Notes: generated by a model from the letters alone, not told the origin. 63,172 nt of DNA, filler included, from Reclinomonas americana ATCC 50394 (GCA_048213135.1; 49 parts of 49 records of this genome joined end to end with filler, not necessarily neighbours in it); one strand, 5' to 3'. Positions 13,029-25,803 are shown, numbered from the whole stretch's first letter. Numbers and translations are program-made.

Positions 13029-13821
13029 GTGTCCACGCCACCACTGTCGGCCGAGCACTACGCCGTCATCAACATGCATCTGCAACAGCTCGAGCATCTC
13101 AAAATCATGTCGAAACCCTCGCCCGGCGGTGCGTGCCCTGTCAGCAGAGCATGCACACATGTGCCGTTGCTCACTCCTGACCGCCACAGCAGACGACCGC
13201 CCACTGTACAACTGCACGATCTCGCTTCCACGTCTCAAGACATTACGTATTTCGGCGTCGTCGCGCAAGTTGCTCGGCTGGAACATTCGGTGCCCGGAAC
13301 TCGAGGTGAGTGCTTGTGCTCTTGTCGGAGGGCGCGCAATGGAGACGGCTGCTGATTGAGATGAGCAGGTGTTCATGTTGCGTGCGCACGTCTTCGAGCC
13401 CGGCGAAGTCGAGCTTCCCCAGTTGCGCGAGCTGGTGCTGGCCGGGTTGCGAGCGACCTCGCGCTTCATGGTGCTCGAGGGCGTTCTGGCGTGCCCGGCC
13501 ATCGAGAGCGTGCAGATGCAGCTGGTGTGCGAGTGCCCGACGGACGCAGCAGCAGCAGCAGCAGCAGTGGAAGGCGGCAGTGATCCGCCCGACGCGCCAT
13601 TCATGCCACCCTCGCTCAGCACTCTCAGCTGCCCGGATCTGCGACAGATCCGCATCGCGCCCATGATCCGGCTGCAAACGCCACCGGGTCCACCGTGCGA
13701 TCGCTGCTCCACCCCGCGAGTGACCATCGAATGCTCCGCCAGTGGCGACGTCGCCATGGCCGATCCACTCACTGGCGCACTCTCGCTCACACTCCAGCGC
13801 AGATCGCCACCACCACCATAG
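13029..13821 (+). CDS. Leucine-rich-repeat-like protein, 3' exons (copy A)
   Basis: Repeated LPRLKTLRI, CPELE, LPQLRELVL, CPAIESV and CPDLRQIRI units; stop at 13821. Confidence 0.55.
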
Positions 13822-13929
13822 TAATAATAATAATGATGATAAACACAAAGCCGCACTTGTCGCTCCTGTCATCGACGTCTGCTTGTCGCCGGACAGAGAC
13901 GAAAAGGAATCCACTCGCCACCGACGCTC

Positions 13930-14154
13930 ATGAGAAGACCACGCACCGCTGTTCTTGTTGGCGGAGAGATTGGTCGCAGTCCACGCATGCAGTACCACGC
14001 ACTGGCACTCGCCGATGTTGCGTTCGTCACCTCTGACAGTGACACGCAGACAACTCACTCCAACTCTTCCGCCACGCAACAGGTGGCCGGCCACGACGTG
14101 GATCTGATCGGCTTCCAAGGTGCGCTGCTCACCTCGCCACCAGCTGCCTTCCCA
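13930..14154 (+). CDS. ALG1: Chitobiosyldiphosphodolichol beta-mannosyltransferase, 5' exons (copy A)
   Basis: AVLVGGEIGRSPRMQYHALALAD/VAGHDVDLIGF matches the ALG1 hallmark GDxGRSPRMQYHA. Confidence 0.88.
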
Positions 14155-14254
14155 NNNNNNNNNNNNNNNNNNNNNNNNNNNNNNNNNNNNNNNNNNNNTT
14201 AATTAATTAANNNNNNNNNNNNNNNNNNNNNNNNNNNNNNNNNNNNNNNNNNNN

Positions 14255-15449
14255 CTGCATAAACGCGTTCGGACCGCAGCGAGCAGCTTCTCACCTCTTC
14301 CAAAATGTGCCGTGTGTGCGTATCAAGCAGCAGTGAAAGGTCCGAGGCCTTGCTGCAAGTTGGCTGCAGCGTTGGAAGCAGCAGCAGCGCTTTGCGGACC
14401 CGAGCGGCGACCGCCTCGCCTTGCTCCACAATCGCCCGAACGCGATGAAGTGCGCCGGCGCCGCGATCATCGGGCACCACTTGGTCGCAAACCGCTTGCA
14501 CGCACGTCAGCAGCTGTTGCTGTGCTGTAAGGGCTGGAACAGACGACGTGCAGAGGCTGGCCACGCGGCTGTCGCGATCCTCCGCTGGTATCACGGAGAG
14601 CAGCTCGACTGCGACCCGCGGTGCCGGTGGTGCATCACTGCTCCCGTCAAACGTGAATCCTGCAACGGTGTAAGCAGGTACAGTAGCAGGCGCACCACAA
14701 TCACAGATGAGCTCACTCACCATGTAGACGATTGACGGCGGCCTGCAGGTGCTGCTCAATTGGCTCGCGCACCCTGCCTCGCTCGCGCGTCGCATCATCG
14801 TCGTCGTCTGTCGGTATCTCCGTTAGAACAAGTTTGCGGCATGCTGTGACGTGTGTGGACGCAACTTGGTGGTGAACCATCCATAAACTGCACCAAACTA
14901 CTCTTGCTGCTAGAAACAGCATCACGGAGCTGCCTCTCGAGGTCGCCCACCTGTCCGCGCACCTGCAGCAACTCCTCGTCCATTCTCACAATTCGCTCCT
15001 GCAGTTCCGTACGCTTCGCAAACCCATCGTCTGCCTGGTTCCGGAAGACGTCGCGCTCTCGCTCAGCCTGAGCCAGCTGACGACGCAGGTCACTCAATTC
15101 ACGCCGCAACAAGTCGCTTTCTCGCTCCTTGTCTCGATCCTCGTCCACCATCGGCAGCCGTCGGACTGCGTGCGCAACTTCGTCGCTCGCTTCGCGCTGT
15201 TGGACAGCTCCGTGGCGCGACACGGCCGATGGCGGGGGCGGCAGTGGTGCTGTAGGCAAGACCGTGGACCGGCTGGCTGCGGTGGTGGGAGCGACTACGT
15301 CCCGCCGCTGTGGATGGTGCACGGCAGCTGTGCTGCGGGATGGCGAGTCAGGCACTGGTTGGCACGGCGCCACCGCCATCGTCTTGGCATACGAGATGTC
15401 TCGCTGATCAACATCGACGTCGGCCACCTGCTGGCAGAGGCGGGCGAGG
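14255..15449 (-). CDS. Hypothetical coiled-coil protein (copy B of 5183-6378)
   Basis: Colinear with copy A, with scattered substitutions and the same end points. Confidence 0.55.
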
Positions 15450-15614
15450 NNNNNNNNNNNNNNNNNNNNNNNNNNNNNNNNNNNNNNNNNNNNTTAATTA
15501 ATTAANNNNNNNNNNNNNNNNNNNNNNNNNNNNNNNNNNNNNNNNNNNNGGCAAGTCTCTCGTCTCAGCACCTCGAGTGTGCAGCACTCGACGGGCAGGT
15601 GGGCGGCACGCAAC

Positions 15615-16450
15615 TGTCAGCTTGCGAATGTGATGGAACAAGCCGGGCTCCAGTTGGATCGGCAGACCACGCTCCGTCGCCTCAGCAGACACTTCGATCT
15701 CCTGCGCAGGCTTGCGGTCCTCCACGTCCTCAAAGTCCATATTGCCTGGGGCAAACACTCAACAACGTCAATGCCTCGCATACAAGTCACCGACACACAC
15801 GCGACAGCACGCACCCGCATCGGTGAACAGCTTGAGGTTACGTGGGGCACGGTCTGCCAACACCAGACGCAGCAACAATCAGCAACATGTGTGAGAGAGA
15901 GAAAGAGACAGAGGTGCGCAGTGCACACACCGCGCGACACCGCAGTGATCTCCAGTGCGGTGATGTTGACCGGCACCTTGAACGGCAGTGTGATCAGCAG
16001 TTGCTACCACAGAAAAACGATTTCAGTGAGAATATGAACAACACGCCGAGCACGCAAACTCGCGCTTCTGTTGCACCTCATCCACGTCGCTCTCCAGGTA
16101 CCTCGACGCGTCCATGTGAATGAAGCTGTCCACAGGAGAGCCAGAAATACACGTGAGACAAGAGCTCACTTTCATCTCGCGAGTGTGTGTGAGACACAAA
16201 GAAAAAACGAAACGCGTCAGCCAGCGTGTGCACAGGATCCTGCTGATTGAGACACGTCCATCCCTGCAAACACACAAAAGACGTTACGCGCGCGCGCGCA
16301 CACACACAGAGAAACATGTCACACTTTTACACAAACCTGGCGATCAATGGCATCGTCCAGTGGAACAATCAGCTTCTCATCCTGCTGTTGCTGTTGCTGT
16401 TGCAGAGAGGCAGCCACAGCGGCCGCCGTCGACTTAGCGCTACCCAACAT
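15615..16450 (-). CDS. PITH-domain protein (TXNL1/PITHD1-like), multi-exon
   Basis: MLGSAK...LDDAIDRQ/GWTCLNQ, YLESDVDE/QLLITLPF..PVNI, MDFEDVEDRKPAQEI...IQL...FHHIRKLT. Confidence 0.85.
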
Positions 16451-16536
16451 TGTGTGAAATTGAGAGGGGACAGTTCTGGTGCGGACAGTGTCGACTCGCC
16501 TCCCGCGAAAACCTCATTCATAGCAAACGGCGTGGA

Positions 16537-16658
16537 ATGGCACACGGAGCTGAGACAGCGCGCCTGTTGAAGGAGGAGACTGCGCGGGATGAGTGTGCGC
16601 AGTTGTTGAAGACACAAACGGCGCAACTGTCGCAGTTTGCCATTTGCTGTGAACAAGC
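16537..16658 (+). CDS. Probable first exon of a hypothetical gene divergent from the PITH gene
   Basis: MAHGAETARLLKEETARDECAQLLKTQTAQLSQFAICCEQA, then a GT and an intron-like CT repeat. Confidence 0.4.
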
Positions 16659-16686
16659 GTTGCGTGGAGTCACACTCACGCACACA

Positions 16687-16745
<59 letters not shown>

Positions 16746-16845
16746 NNNNNNNNNNNNNNNNNNNNNNNNNNNNNNNNNNNNNNNNNNNNTTAATTAATTA
16801 ANNNNNNNNNNNNNNNNNNNNNNNNNNNNNNNNNNNNNNNNNNNN

Positions 16846-17072
16846 AGTGGGAAGGCAGCTGGGGGCGAGGGGAGCAGCGCACCTTGAAAGCCGATCAGAT
16901 CCACGTCGTGGCCGGCCACCTGTTGCGTGGCGGAAGAGTTGGAGTGAGTTGTCTGCGTGTCACTGTCAGAGGTGACGAACGCAACATCGGCGAGTGCCAG
17001 TGCGTGGTACTGCATGCGTGGACTGCGACCAATCTCTCCGCCAACAAGAACAGCGGTGCGTGGTCTTCTCAT
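16846..17072 (-). CDS. ALG1: ALG1 5' exons (copy B)
   Basis: Reverse-complement near-duplicate of 13930-14154. Confidence 0.85.
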
Positions 17073-17181
17073 GAGCGCGGCACGTGGATTCCTTTTCGTC
17101 TCTGTCCGGCGACAAGCAGACGTCGATCGATGAGGAGCGACAAGTGCGGCTTTGTGTTTATCATCATTATTATTATTGCTA

Positions 17182-17971
17182 CTATGGTGGTGGTGGCGAT
17201 CTGCTCTGGAGTGTGAGCGAGAGTGCGCCGGTGAGTGGATCGGCCATGGCGACGTCGCCACTGGCGGAGCATTCGATGGTCACTCGCGGGGTGGAGCAGC
17301 GATCGCACGGTGGACCCGGTGGCGTTTGCAGCCGGATCATGGGCGCGATGCGGATCTGTCGCAGATCCGGGCAGCTGAGAGTGCTGAGCGAGGGTGGCAT
17401 GAATGGCGCGTCGGGCGGATCACTGCCGCCTTCCACTGCTGCTGCTGCTGCTGCGTCCGTCGGGCACTCGCACACCAGCTGCATCTGCACACTCTCAATG
17501 GCCGGGCACGCCAGAACGCCCTCGAGCACCATGAAGCGCGAGGTCGCTCGCAACCCGGCCAGCACCAGCTCGCGCAACTGGGGAAGCTCCACTTCGCCGG
17601 GCTCGAAAACGTGTGCACGCAGCATGAACACCTGCTCATCTCGATCAGCAGCCGTCTCCATCGAGCGCCCTCCGACAGGAGCACGAGCACGCACCTCGAG
17701 TTCTGGGCATCGAATGTTCCAGCCGAGCAGCTTGCGCGACGACGCCGAAATACGCAATGTCTTGAGACGTGGAAGCGAAATCGTGCAGTTGTACAGTGGG
17801 CGGTCGTCTGCTGTGGCGGTCAGGAGTGAGCAACGGCACATGTGTGCATGCTCTGCTGACAGTGCACGAACCGCCGGGCGAGGGTTTCGACATGATTTTG
17901 AGATGCTCGAGCTGTTGCAGGTGCATGTTGATGACGGCGTAGTGCTCGGCCGACAGTGGTGGCGTGGACAC
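17182..17971 (-). CDS. LRR-like protein 3' exons (copy B)
   Basis: Reverse-complement near-duplicate of 13029-13821, with one fewer Ala in the polyA run. Confidence 0.55.
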
Positions 17972-19498
17972 CTGGAAGGGAGGCAGAGGTGAGGTGACAG
18001 AAGCACATCATGAAGCAAGGAGACTCACAAACGAACCAAGNNNNNNNNNNNNNNNNNNNNNNNNNNNNNNNNNNNNNNNNNNNNTTAATTAATTAANNNN
18101 NNNNNNNNNNNNNNNNNNNNNNNNNNNNNNNNNNNNNNNNACGCAAACACTCACCGTGAAATGTGCAGCGCAGCAACAACCGTGTGGTCGATGCGTCCCT
18201 CCTCCTCCGTCGAATCCTGCCTGTCTCTCTCTCTCTCCATCTCTCTCACCAACAAGAAAACACGCTCTCTTTCTCTCTCTCCTCCCCCCTCTCCTCCCTT
18301 CATTCTTGCTCACACACAAACATACAGGCACAGCGATCCACCACCACCACCGTCCGTCATTCTCACGGAGTGGGAAAGGAGAAATCGGTTGAACTGTCGG
18401 ACAGGTGAAATGAGGCAAAAACCGATTGCATGCCGGCCGCCCTCCTGGTGGGTGTGGGTGCGTGGCAGGTGGGAGACAGCCGGCTGCTATTGATGCAGGA
18501 ATAGGGGGCCTGAATTGGGGAAGGAAAAGAACTCTGCAAGAAATGGAAGTGGAGAAAGGGGAAGAAAGGAAGCACGAACGGGCGGTGAGTGGTGGAAATC
18601 GAAGCAATCCGGCATGGTACCGAATGAAATGCAGCCGAGATATCCGACAGGGGGATGGGTGAAAGGTGTGAGTGAGATGAATTGCACGATGGAGTCGATG
18701 GAGAGAGTGGAGAAGATGCACAGCATGCGAAACACTCACACAGACGCATGCAGCAAGCAACGGTGCGGATTCAGCTGAAATGATGGCCATCGATGGAATA
18801 ACAGGGCGGGAATGAGGTCAGATTTGGAAACAAAGGATGGGATCACATGGGCGGAGCGGGGAAGAAGGATTCTGCCAGAGGGAATGCGGAATGCAGATGC
18901 CGGTGAGGAGCTGCAATGGATTGACTGATGCAATTCCGATGGAAGATTGAGAAAATTGTGGAGGGTGGAGGAGAGGCGAAGCAGGTCATTTGATGCAAGT
19001 GCCATGTACAAGGAGAAGTGAGGAAGGGTGATGCAGTGGGGAATCAAGAATTGAGATACTGGTGGGGAGATACGAGGAGGGACATTTGATTGGTCACTTC
19101 CGAACTCACATGAATCGCAGAGAGAGGGTGAAAGGAGAGGTCAAATCGATCAGCGATTGATGGAGGAGTGGGGATGGAGAGGTGCGAGAGTGTATTCTTG
19201 GAGTGGAATGAGGAAAATAAGAAAGGCACGGGTGAGAATTGGGGAATGGAGATGGAAGGGCGAGAATTGGGGAAAGGAGATGGTAGGGAGCAAGGGCGAG
19301 AATTGGGGAAAGGATGTGGGGAGGGAATAGAATGTNNNNNNNNNNNNNNNNNNNNNNNNNNNNNNNNNNNNNNNNNNNNTTAATTAATTAANNNNNNNNN
19401 NNNNNNNNNNNNNNNNNNNNNNNNNNNNNNNNNNNGTGTGTGTGTGGTGGACATGGACATGGCGATGCACATGCGACTCACACCTCTCTCACGCGCAG

Positions 19499-20569
19499 TT
19501 TGTGCTGGCCAATGTCGGCAAGAGCTACGTTGTGCGCAACGACTCATTCCGCTCGGTCGACATGACGGTGACTGCCGAGAGCATTCAGGAGCAACAGCAG
19601 CGCAAGAAGGGTGGTGGTGTGTAACAACTATACATACAGTCAATCACTTTTTTTGTTATCCTCTGACAGCTGGTGTGTGTGTGTGGCGCACAGCCGCTGC
19701 AGGCGACAGTGGTTCGTCGAGCGGTGCTGCGAGTGCCGCCCACGGTGCCTCCTCGAGTGCTCCGGCCGCTGCTGAGGCTGCTCATGCTCCTGCCCCCGCT
19801 GCTGCTGCTGCTGCTGCTGCGGAGCAACCGCAGGCCAATGGCTCTGTGGCTCATGAGTCCGCCCCGGCGGCCGCTGCTCCGGCATCCCCGGCGTCCCCGG
19901 CTCGCCACGCGCCCCGTGCTCCGCGCCCGGCTTCGGCTGGTGCTTCGCCGGCGTCTCAGGCGGCCCAGGCGGCCCCGGCTGCTGCTGCTGCTGCTGCTGC
20001 CGCTGCTGCTCCTCCGGCTGATGCTGCTGCCGCTGGCCCCAAGGGTGTGTGTGTGTGTGCGCGCATATAGGTCGTTCGCAGCGCTGATTGCTCACTTGTC
20101 TCTCGCGTGTCGACAGCTCGCTTCTCGTACGCGGCTGCCGCTGCTGCTCCTGGCTCTGGTCCACAGCGTCCGGCTCCGCGTCGCCCGGCCAGTGCTGGCG
20201 CTCCCGCTGCTGCTGCTGGTGCTCCCGCTGCCGCTGCCGCCGCTGCTCCCACTCCGGGTGGTGAGAAGGCTGGCGCGGCCGAGGGCGCTGCCGAAGGTGC
20301 TGGAGCTCGTGGTCGCAAGGGTTTGTTTGGCACAGAGAGAAGGAAAACAGTGATTCACTCCTTTTTGCTTCGACACTCATCTCCATGTGGGTGTGGCAGA
20401 TGATCGCCGAGGTGCAGGCGCTGCGGCTGGTGACGAGGCTCCGAGTTACGACCCGAAGTCGATCTATGTGAGGGATCTGCCGCGTGAGCTTTCGGATGAG
20501 GAGTTGAAGAGTGAGTTTTCGCGCTTTGGTGATGTCAGCGGTGTGACGAACCGCTCCACTGCCGAGTCG
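19499..20569 (+). CDS. G3BP/Bre5-like NTF2 + disordered linker + RRM protein, multi-exon
   Basis: FVLANVGKSYVVRNDSFR (NTF2 end), Ala/Pro-rich linker, then SIYVRDLPRELSDEELKSEFSRFGDV (RRM start). Confidence 0.8.
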
Positions 20570-21895
20570 GTGAGTGCGACTTGGAACTGTTGTTGTTGTC
20601 ATTGCCCCGTTGCTTATGCGGCCCATCTCTCTGNNNNNNNNNNNNNNNNNNNNNNNNNNNNNNNNNNNNNNNNNNNNTTAATTAATTAANNNNNNNNNNN
20701 NNNNNNNNNNNNNNNNNNNNNNNNNNNNNNNNNAAACCAATGCAAGACGATTGACGTCGATCGCAATACGTCGACGTCGAATATTATTCCGCGAAAGCGA
20801 CCGTCGGCGAGAGAACCCATGAAAGATGTCGCACAAGGATATGATCAACAGCGGTTTCTCGTGCAGAAACGCCGGCGACCGCTGCAGCTGGCTCTAAACC
20901 AGAACCAAGCAAACAACTCCCCACCCGCAGCAGCTGCGCCGCAGCCTCAGGGCAACTAGGCCCATCGCGTCGCTACTGCAGCACCCAGCTTCAACGAGTT
21001 CAGCGTATACATAGGCCGCTGATCGATATCATGACACAATTTGTTCCTTTTCAATTCAATATACTTCCTGCATTCTTCGACATCTGCTCATTCAAGACGG
21101 GAATCGCCATGCAACCACGTTCCTGCTCACACCAGGCAATGCCTCGAACTCCACAGCACACTTCGATATTGCAAATATCGAACGAAACGCACCATGATGC
21201 ATTGATGACTCATCACCATTGACAACGCACGCGCCCCTTGCACTCTCACAAAGAAAGAGAGGCACACGATATGACTGTGCGGGTAGTCGCCGACCCGTTC
21301 GCCTCTCCCGTGCGCGAGGGCGGGCGGCAAACCGTCGACTGGGACTCCATGCCGCGATACATGCACATGACAGTGAAAAAGTCGCCGCTCGCACACGCTT
21401 CTTCTTCTTCGTCTTCTGCGTCCCCTGTGACACAGGGCGCGCGACGTCGGTTGATGATTAACGTCGGTGGTGGTGAAGTGGGCACGTTTCGATCGACGGC
21501 GGGCAAAGCGGCGAAATTGTTGTTCAATGTGCAGGTGATTGTGTGTATGTGAGAGAGAGAAGTATAAGGAGAGAGTGAGAGAGAGCGGGAAGGGAGGGAG
21601 AGGTGCATTTCTCTGTCTGTGGCATTGTATAAGTCGTTGTTGGTTTGCATTTGTGGTTGGCATTTGTGAGGAGCTGCAGTGTGTTCTGTAGTGGTGCAGA
21701 GGAGGTGCTGCTTTTGCTCTGCAGCCTCTCTTCTCTCTCCTCGCAGTCTGTCTGTCTGCTTGTCTGTTTCTTGCTTTGTTCCTTACATATCGATTGCATT
21801 CTCCTTGCTTGTCTCCTCGACAGCTGTTCCTCTGCAGCCTCTCTCTCCCTCCCTCTTTCCCTCTCTCTCCTGCTGTTCCTGTGCAGCCTTGTCTT

Positions 21896-21928
<33 letters not shown>

Positions 21929-22079
21929 NNNNNNNNNNNNNNNNNNNNNNNNNNNNNNNNNNNNNNNNNNNNTTAATTAATTAANNNNNNNNNNNNNNNN
22001 NNNNNNNNNNNNNNNNNNNNNNNNNNNNTCTCTCTCACACACACACTCCTTCCCCCAATGACCTCGCTGTACATACACA

Positions 22080-22420
22080 ATACGCAACAGCCAAGTCAGC
22101 CGGCGAGTCCGCACTCATGGTCGACGTCGGCGACTCCGGATCCAGCATCCACCGCGGTCGTAAGTACCGATGTTGTTGCACTGCCTTGTGCACCATCGTC
22201 AGGTACACAGGATTGCTCGGTCGCTTGGCCAGGAACGGATGCGCAAACAGGTACACAGACGACCGGTTGCGTCGTGCAACACGCATCTTGATGTTCGAGT
22301 CGCGATCCAATGCATCCCCAGCATCATCAAAGTGGACGCAAACCCCTCCTGTCACACTTTTATCAGCCACAAATACCGAAAACTCACCGAACCCGCTCTC
22401 ACGACACCGCCTTGCTCGGC
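22080..22420 (-). CDS. Hypothetical protein exon
   Basis: Globular-looking frame RESGFGEFSVFVADK...YLFAHPFLAKRP...RPRWMLDPESP flanked by intron-like repeats; no family recognised. Confidence 0.35.
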
Positions 22421-22950
22421 GACAGCAGCAGAGGAAGAAGATGCAGACGAAGATGACGCAGCAACACGAGAAACAATGGAGTGCGTGTGCGTGTGTGTGA
22501 AAGAGACAAGTAACAAGAGGCGAGAGTGCGAGAGAGCAACACAAGAGAGAGAGAGAGAGCGAACGTACAACAAGACAGCGCATGTGTGTGCGTGCGTGCG
22601 TGAGAGCGACAATGAATTGAAGTATGACAGATTGTACACAGAGTGTGCTCGCGCAGTTGCGGGAGGCGAGCATGCAACCATCAGCAATAGTGCACAAAGT
22701 GGGGCACAAAAGAACAGCAACGCATTTCTCTCCCTCTCTCTCTCTCCGCCCCCACCCCCCACAAAAAAGCATGAAATGCGAGCAAACAACACTGACAAAG
22801 CGCTCTCCCTACAGTCCATGAAAAGAGGTTCGACACAAAAGCATACATCGCACTACGCAGTACTACAGGAACACGCTATCTCCCCGAATAGCGCAACATC
22901 AACACACTCACACGTGCAACCATTCACTTGGTACCACGCACAAGCACAAA

Positions 22951-22951
22951 T

Positions 22952-23034
<83 letters not shown>

Positions 23035-23035
23035 C
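22951..23035 (+). repeat. (AAC)n microsatellite; one example of many (GT)n, (GA)n, (GAGT)n and (TTG)n tracts, mostly at contig ends
   Basis: Directly visible. Other examples lie at 1060-1198, 3699-3778, 34952-35046 and 52803-52891. Confidence 0.95.
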
Positions 23036-23317
23036 GACGACGACGCTAACATGACTATCGAAATGAAAACGAAGGAGAACAGGAACAAGGAGAGGACTTT
23101 GGAGGAGAACGTGAGCAAATCAAGAAGAAGACCAACAGAAGAGTCGGACAAAGACGACGAGGAGGAGTGAGGAAGAGAAAGGCGCGAAGAAGAAGAAGAA
23201 GAAGAAGAAGAAGAAGANNNNNNNNNNNNNNNNNNNNNNNNNNNNNNNNNNNNNNNNNNNNTTAATTAATTAANNNNNNNNNNNNNNNNNNNNNNNNNNN
23301 NNNNNNNNNNNNNNNNN

Positions 23318-24209
23318 TGGCATGTCACGAGAGCCGGAACTTCGTGCAGCGGTGGCTGCACTGCAGCAACAACTGCACGACGTCACTGTTGCGCTGCGTG
23401 ACGCTGAACGTGATATGGAACGACGAAATAACGACCTGAATGAGGCGTGGACGGCCATTGTAGAGCGCAACGCCAACATCTCGAATCTCGAACAGCAGTT
23501 GCATCACGCTGCGGAGCGTGTGGCACAACTCATCACAACAGCAACAACAACAACACCACCACCGGCCAGTGCATCCGTGGACACGTCGTCGGCGCCTGGT
23601 CGGTTGATGGAGTTGGTCGACCAGCTGGCACAGCAGGTGCTGCGTGAGGCCGAGTCGGTGGAGGCCATCACCGCCGAGTTGTCTTACGCTCGGCAAGCGC
23701 TCGAGGCCGCCACTGATCGTGCCAACAATTTGGAGGCTCGTTTGCTGGAGGTGACCAGCGAAGAAGCAGAAGCAGCGCGTGAACAGCAGCCGAGCAATGC
23801 CGACGGTGTCGACGAACGCCATGCGATGCTGAGCGTGACGCTGGAGGAGCAGCGTTTGCACATTGACGAACTCGTGCGAGCGCTGGAGGTCGCCGAGCGG
23901 GCAGCGGCAGCCAGCAGCCACGACGCGGCTGAGATGCGCCGATTCCTGCTGTCGGTCGGAGCCGTGTCGAGTCAGCGCACAGATCTGTTGGAGGAGTGCC
24001 AGAGGTTGACACGAAGCCTTTCGGCAAGTCTCGAGCGGCGGTACAACGATGCACTGGCACAGGCAGCGTCGCCAACACAGCGCCGAGATGTGGAGGAGCG
24101 ATGGCATGTGGAGGTTACTGTGCCGCTGCGCACCGTGGATCAGGCGCTGGCCGAGTTGAGGAAGTGCGAATTTGATATTCGGAAGCGGGGCGAGAAGTGG
24201 TGTTCGTGA
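23318..24209 (+). CDS. Coiled-coil protein, C-terminal exon
   Basis: 295-codon open frame rich in heptad E/L/Q/A, ending at the TGA at 24209. Confidence 0.65.
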
Positions 24210-24310
24210 CGAGAAGCTGGGTTTCTTTTTGTTTAAGTTGGCGGAAAGCCTAATGAGTGTGCGTGTGCAGCAGCAATAAGGAATGCAAATTGTTTACTTT
24301 ACTACTTCTC

Positions 24311-24510
24311 TCACTGTCCGAGGAAAGGCACCTCGGCAATGCTCATCGCCACCGCCTGTTGCTCCAACTCGCTCTCCGAGTGCACCAACACATCGTCTTC
24401 TGCGTCCACTTGTCCGTCGCCGGCCACGCCTGTCACAATCAAACGGTTAAGCAGATGCACACGCGAAGCACACCGCGCAAATGCTGACTGGGCTGGTACC
24501 TTGCGCTTCC
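24311..24510 (-). CDS. 3' end of a convergent gene with a UIM-like motif
   Basis: Last exon ...DVLVHSESELEQQAVAMSIAEVPFLGQ*; ELEQQAVAMSIAE resembles the UIM consensus. Confidence 0.4.
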
Positions 24511-24610
24511 NNNNNNNNNNNNNNNNNNNNNNNNNNNNNNNNNNNNNNNNNNNNTTAATTAATTAANNNNNNNNNNNNNNNNNNNNNNNNNNNNNNNNNN
24601 NNNNNNNNNN

Positions 24611-25803
24611 GACGGCCACTGGCACCGGCTGCCGCTCTGGATCACACTCACAGGCGAGCGCAAGCAGCGACTCGAGCAGTTGCTCCAAGTGATGGCGGTC
24701 CAAATGACTGAGGGGCACTCGAATGCGGCTGGTGGAAAAGTTGGACGAAAGCTGGCACAACAGCCACTGGCGAGGAGAGAATCCGAACTCCAGTCGAGCG
24801 GCCAGCAGCTGCATGACGCGAGCGACAAGCAGTTTGAGAACCTCACACTGCAACGATGCCTCCAACTCATCGGGAGAGGCCTTCTCCGTCTTTCGCCACC
24901 AGACGCTGTTAAAGATGGCGGCCAAATCGGCATGGCCACCCGTCTCCGGGCGGTTGCAGTCGAGGTACAGCCCCCACCGGACTGACAGGATGTCGAACAG
25001 GCACTTGGTCTTGCCCGCACCGGAGACGTTGACGAGGGTGAACAGAGTCTTGTCCGCCGAGAGACGAAAGAACTCGCGAACGGCATCCGATTGACCTCTT
25101 TCGTCGCCCAAGTGACCGCGGATGAACCGCAGATCCACCAGACGAGCGGGTAGCACAACTGGCAGTCCAGATACGCCTGTGTACGGGTTGGTGGCAGCAA
25201 CGCCAACCTCCATCCTCTGCCTGGCATCATGAACAGTTTGCCGAGCTCCGAGAATGGCATCGGCTGGGATGTCGACGCCTGTGCACACAAACAACAACAA
25301 CAACAACAACGACGACAGACGGACCACGGGTGAGCACCTTCAGGCTCACGAAACGAAAAGCAGCAGCGCAAATACTCACCAGTGAGTTGAAGGGCTGCAT
25401 CATACTTGCGCGCGCGATCTTCCCCTTCTTCCGGCGTGAGTGCCGACGACATGATCAACCATTCGGTGTGCTCGCTGAATGGCACCATCTGGCCGCGTGC
25501 AAACGGCGGAGGACTGCCGTCGAGCAACGACGCTCGAGGGGGGTTGGATTGTTGTGGTACAGGTGGCTGACGGCCATCAGCCGCCACCAACACAATGAGT
25601 TCTATCTCTGCGTCGCCGTCGTCTTCATCGGTGTTGTCGGGGGAGCGATGCCAACCTGATTAAGCAGACGATGAGAGGGATGTGTGTCGACTGCACGCAG
25701 CGCGACGAGTCTCTCTCACCTCCACTCTTGCGACGTTTGAGTGGCGGCGAGTCACCAGCATCCGCTGCTGTGTGGCTGCCGCAGGAGCTGGCTCCGCCAA
25801 CGC
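24611..25803 (-). CDS. P-loop NTPase of the Crinkler/RHS-effector-associated type, multi-exon fragment
   Basis: LFTLVNVSGAGKTKCLFDILSVRWGLYLDC...GHADL...LLVARVMQL...SPRQWLLCQL; upstream PPLKRRK (NLS-like) and EIELIVLV. Confidence 0.65.

Noticed and set aside
20734..20800. TnpB/Fanzor C-terminal motif (CKTIDVDRNTSTSNII versus DRDxNAxxNI)
   Set aside because: Spacing and residues do not fit, and no zinc finger or RuvC context is visible.
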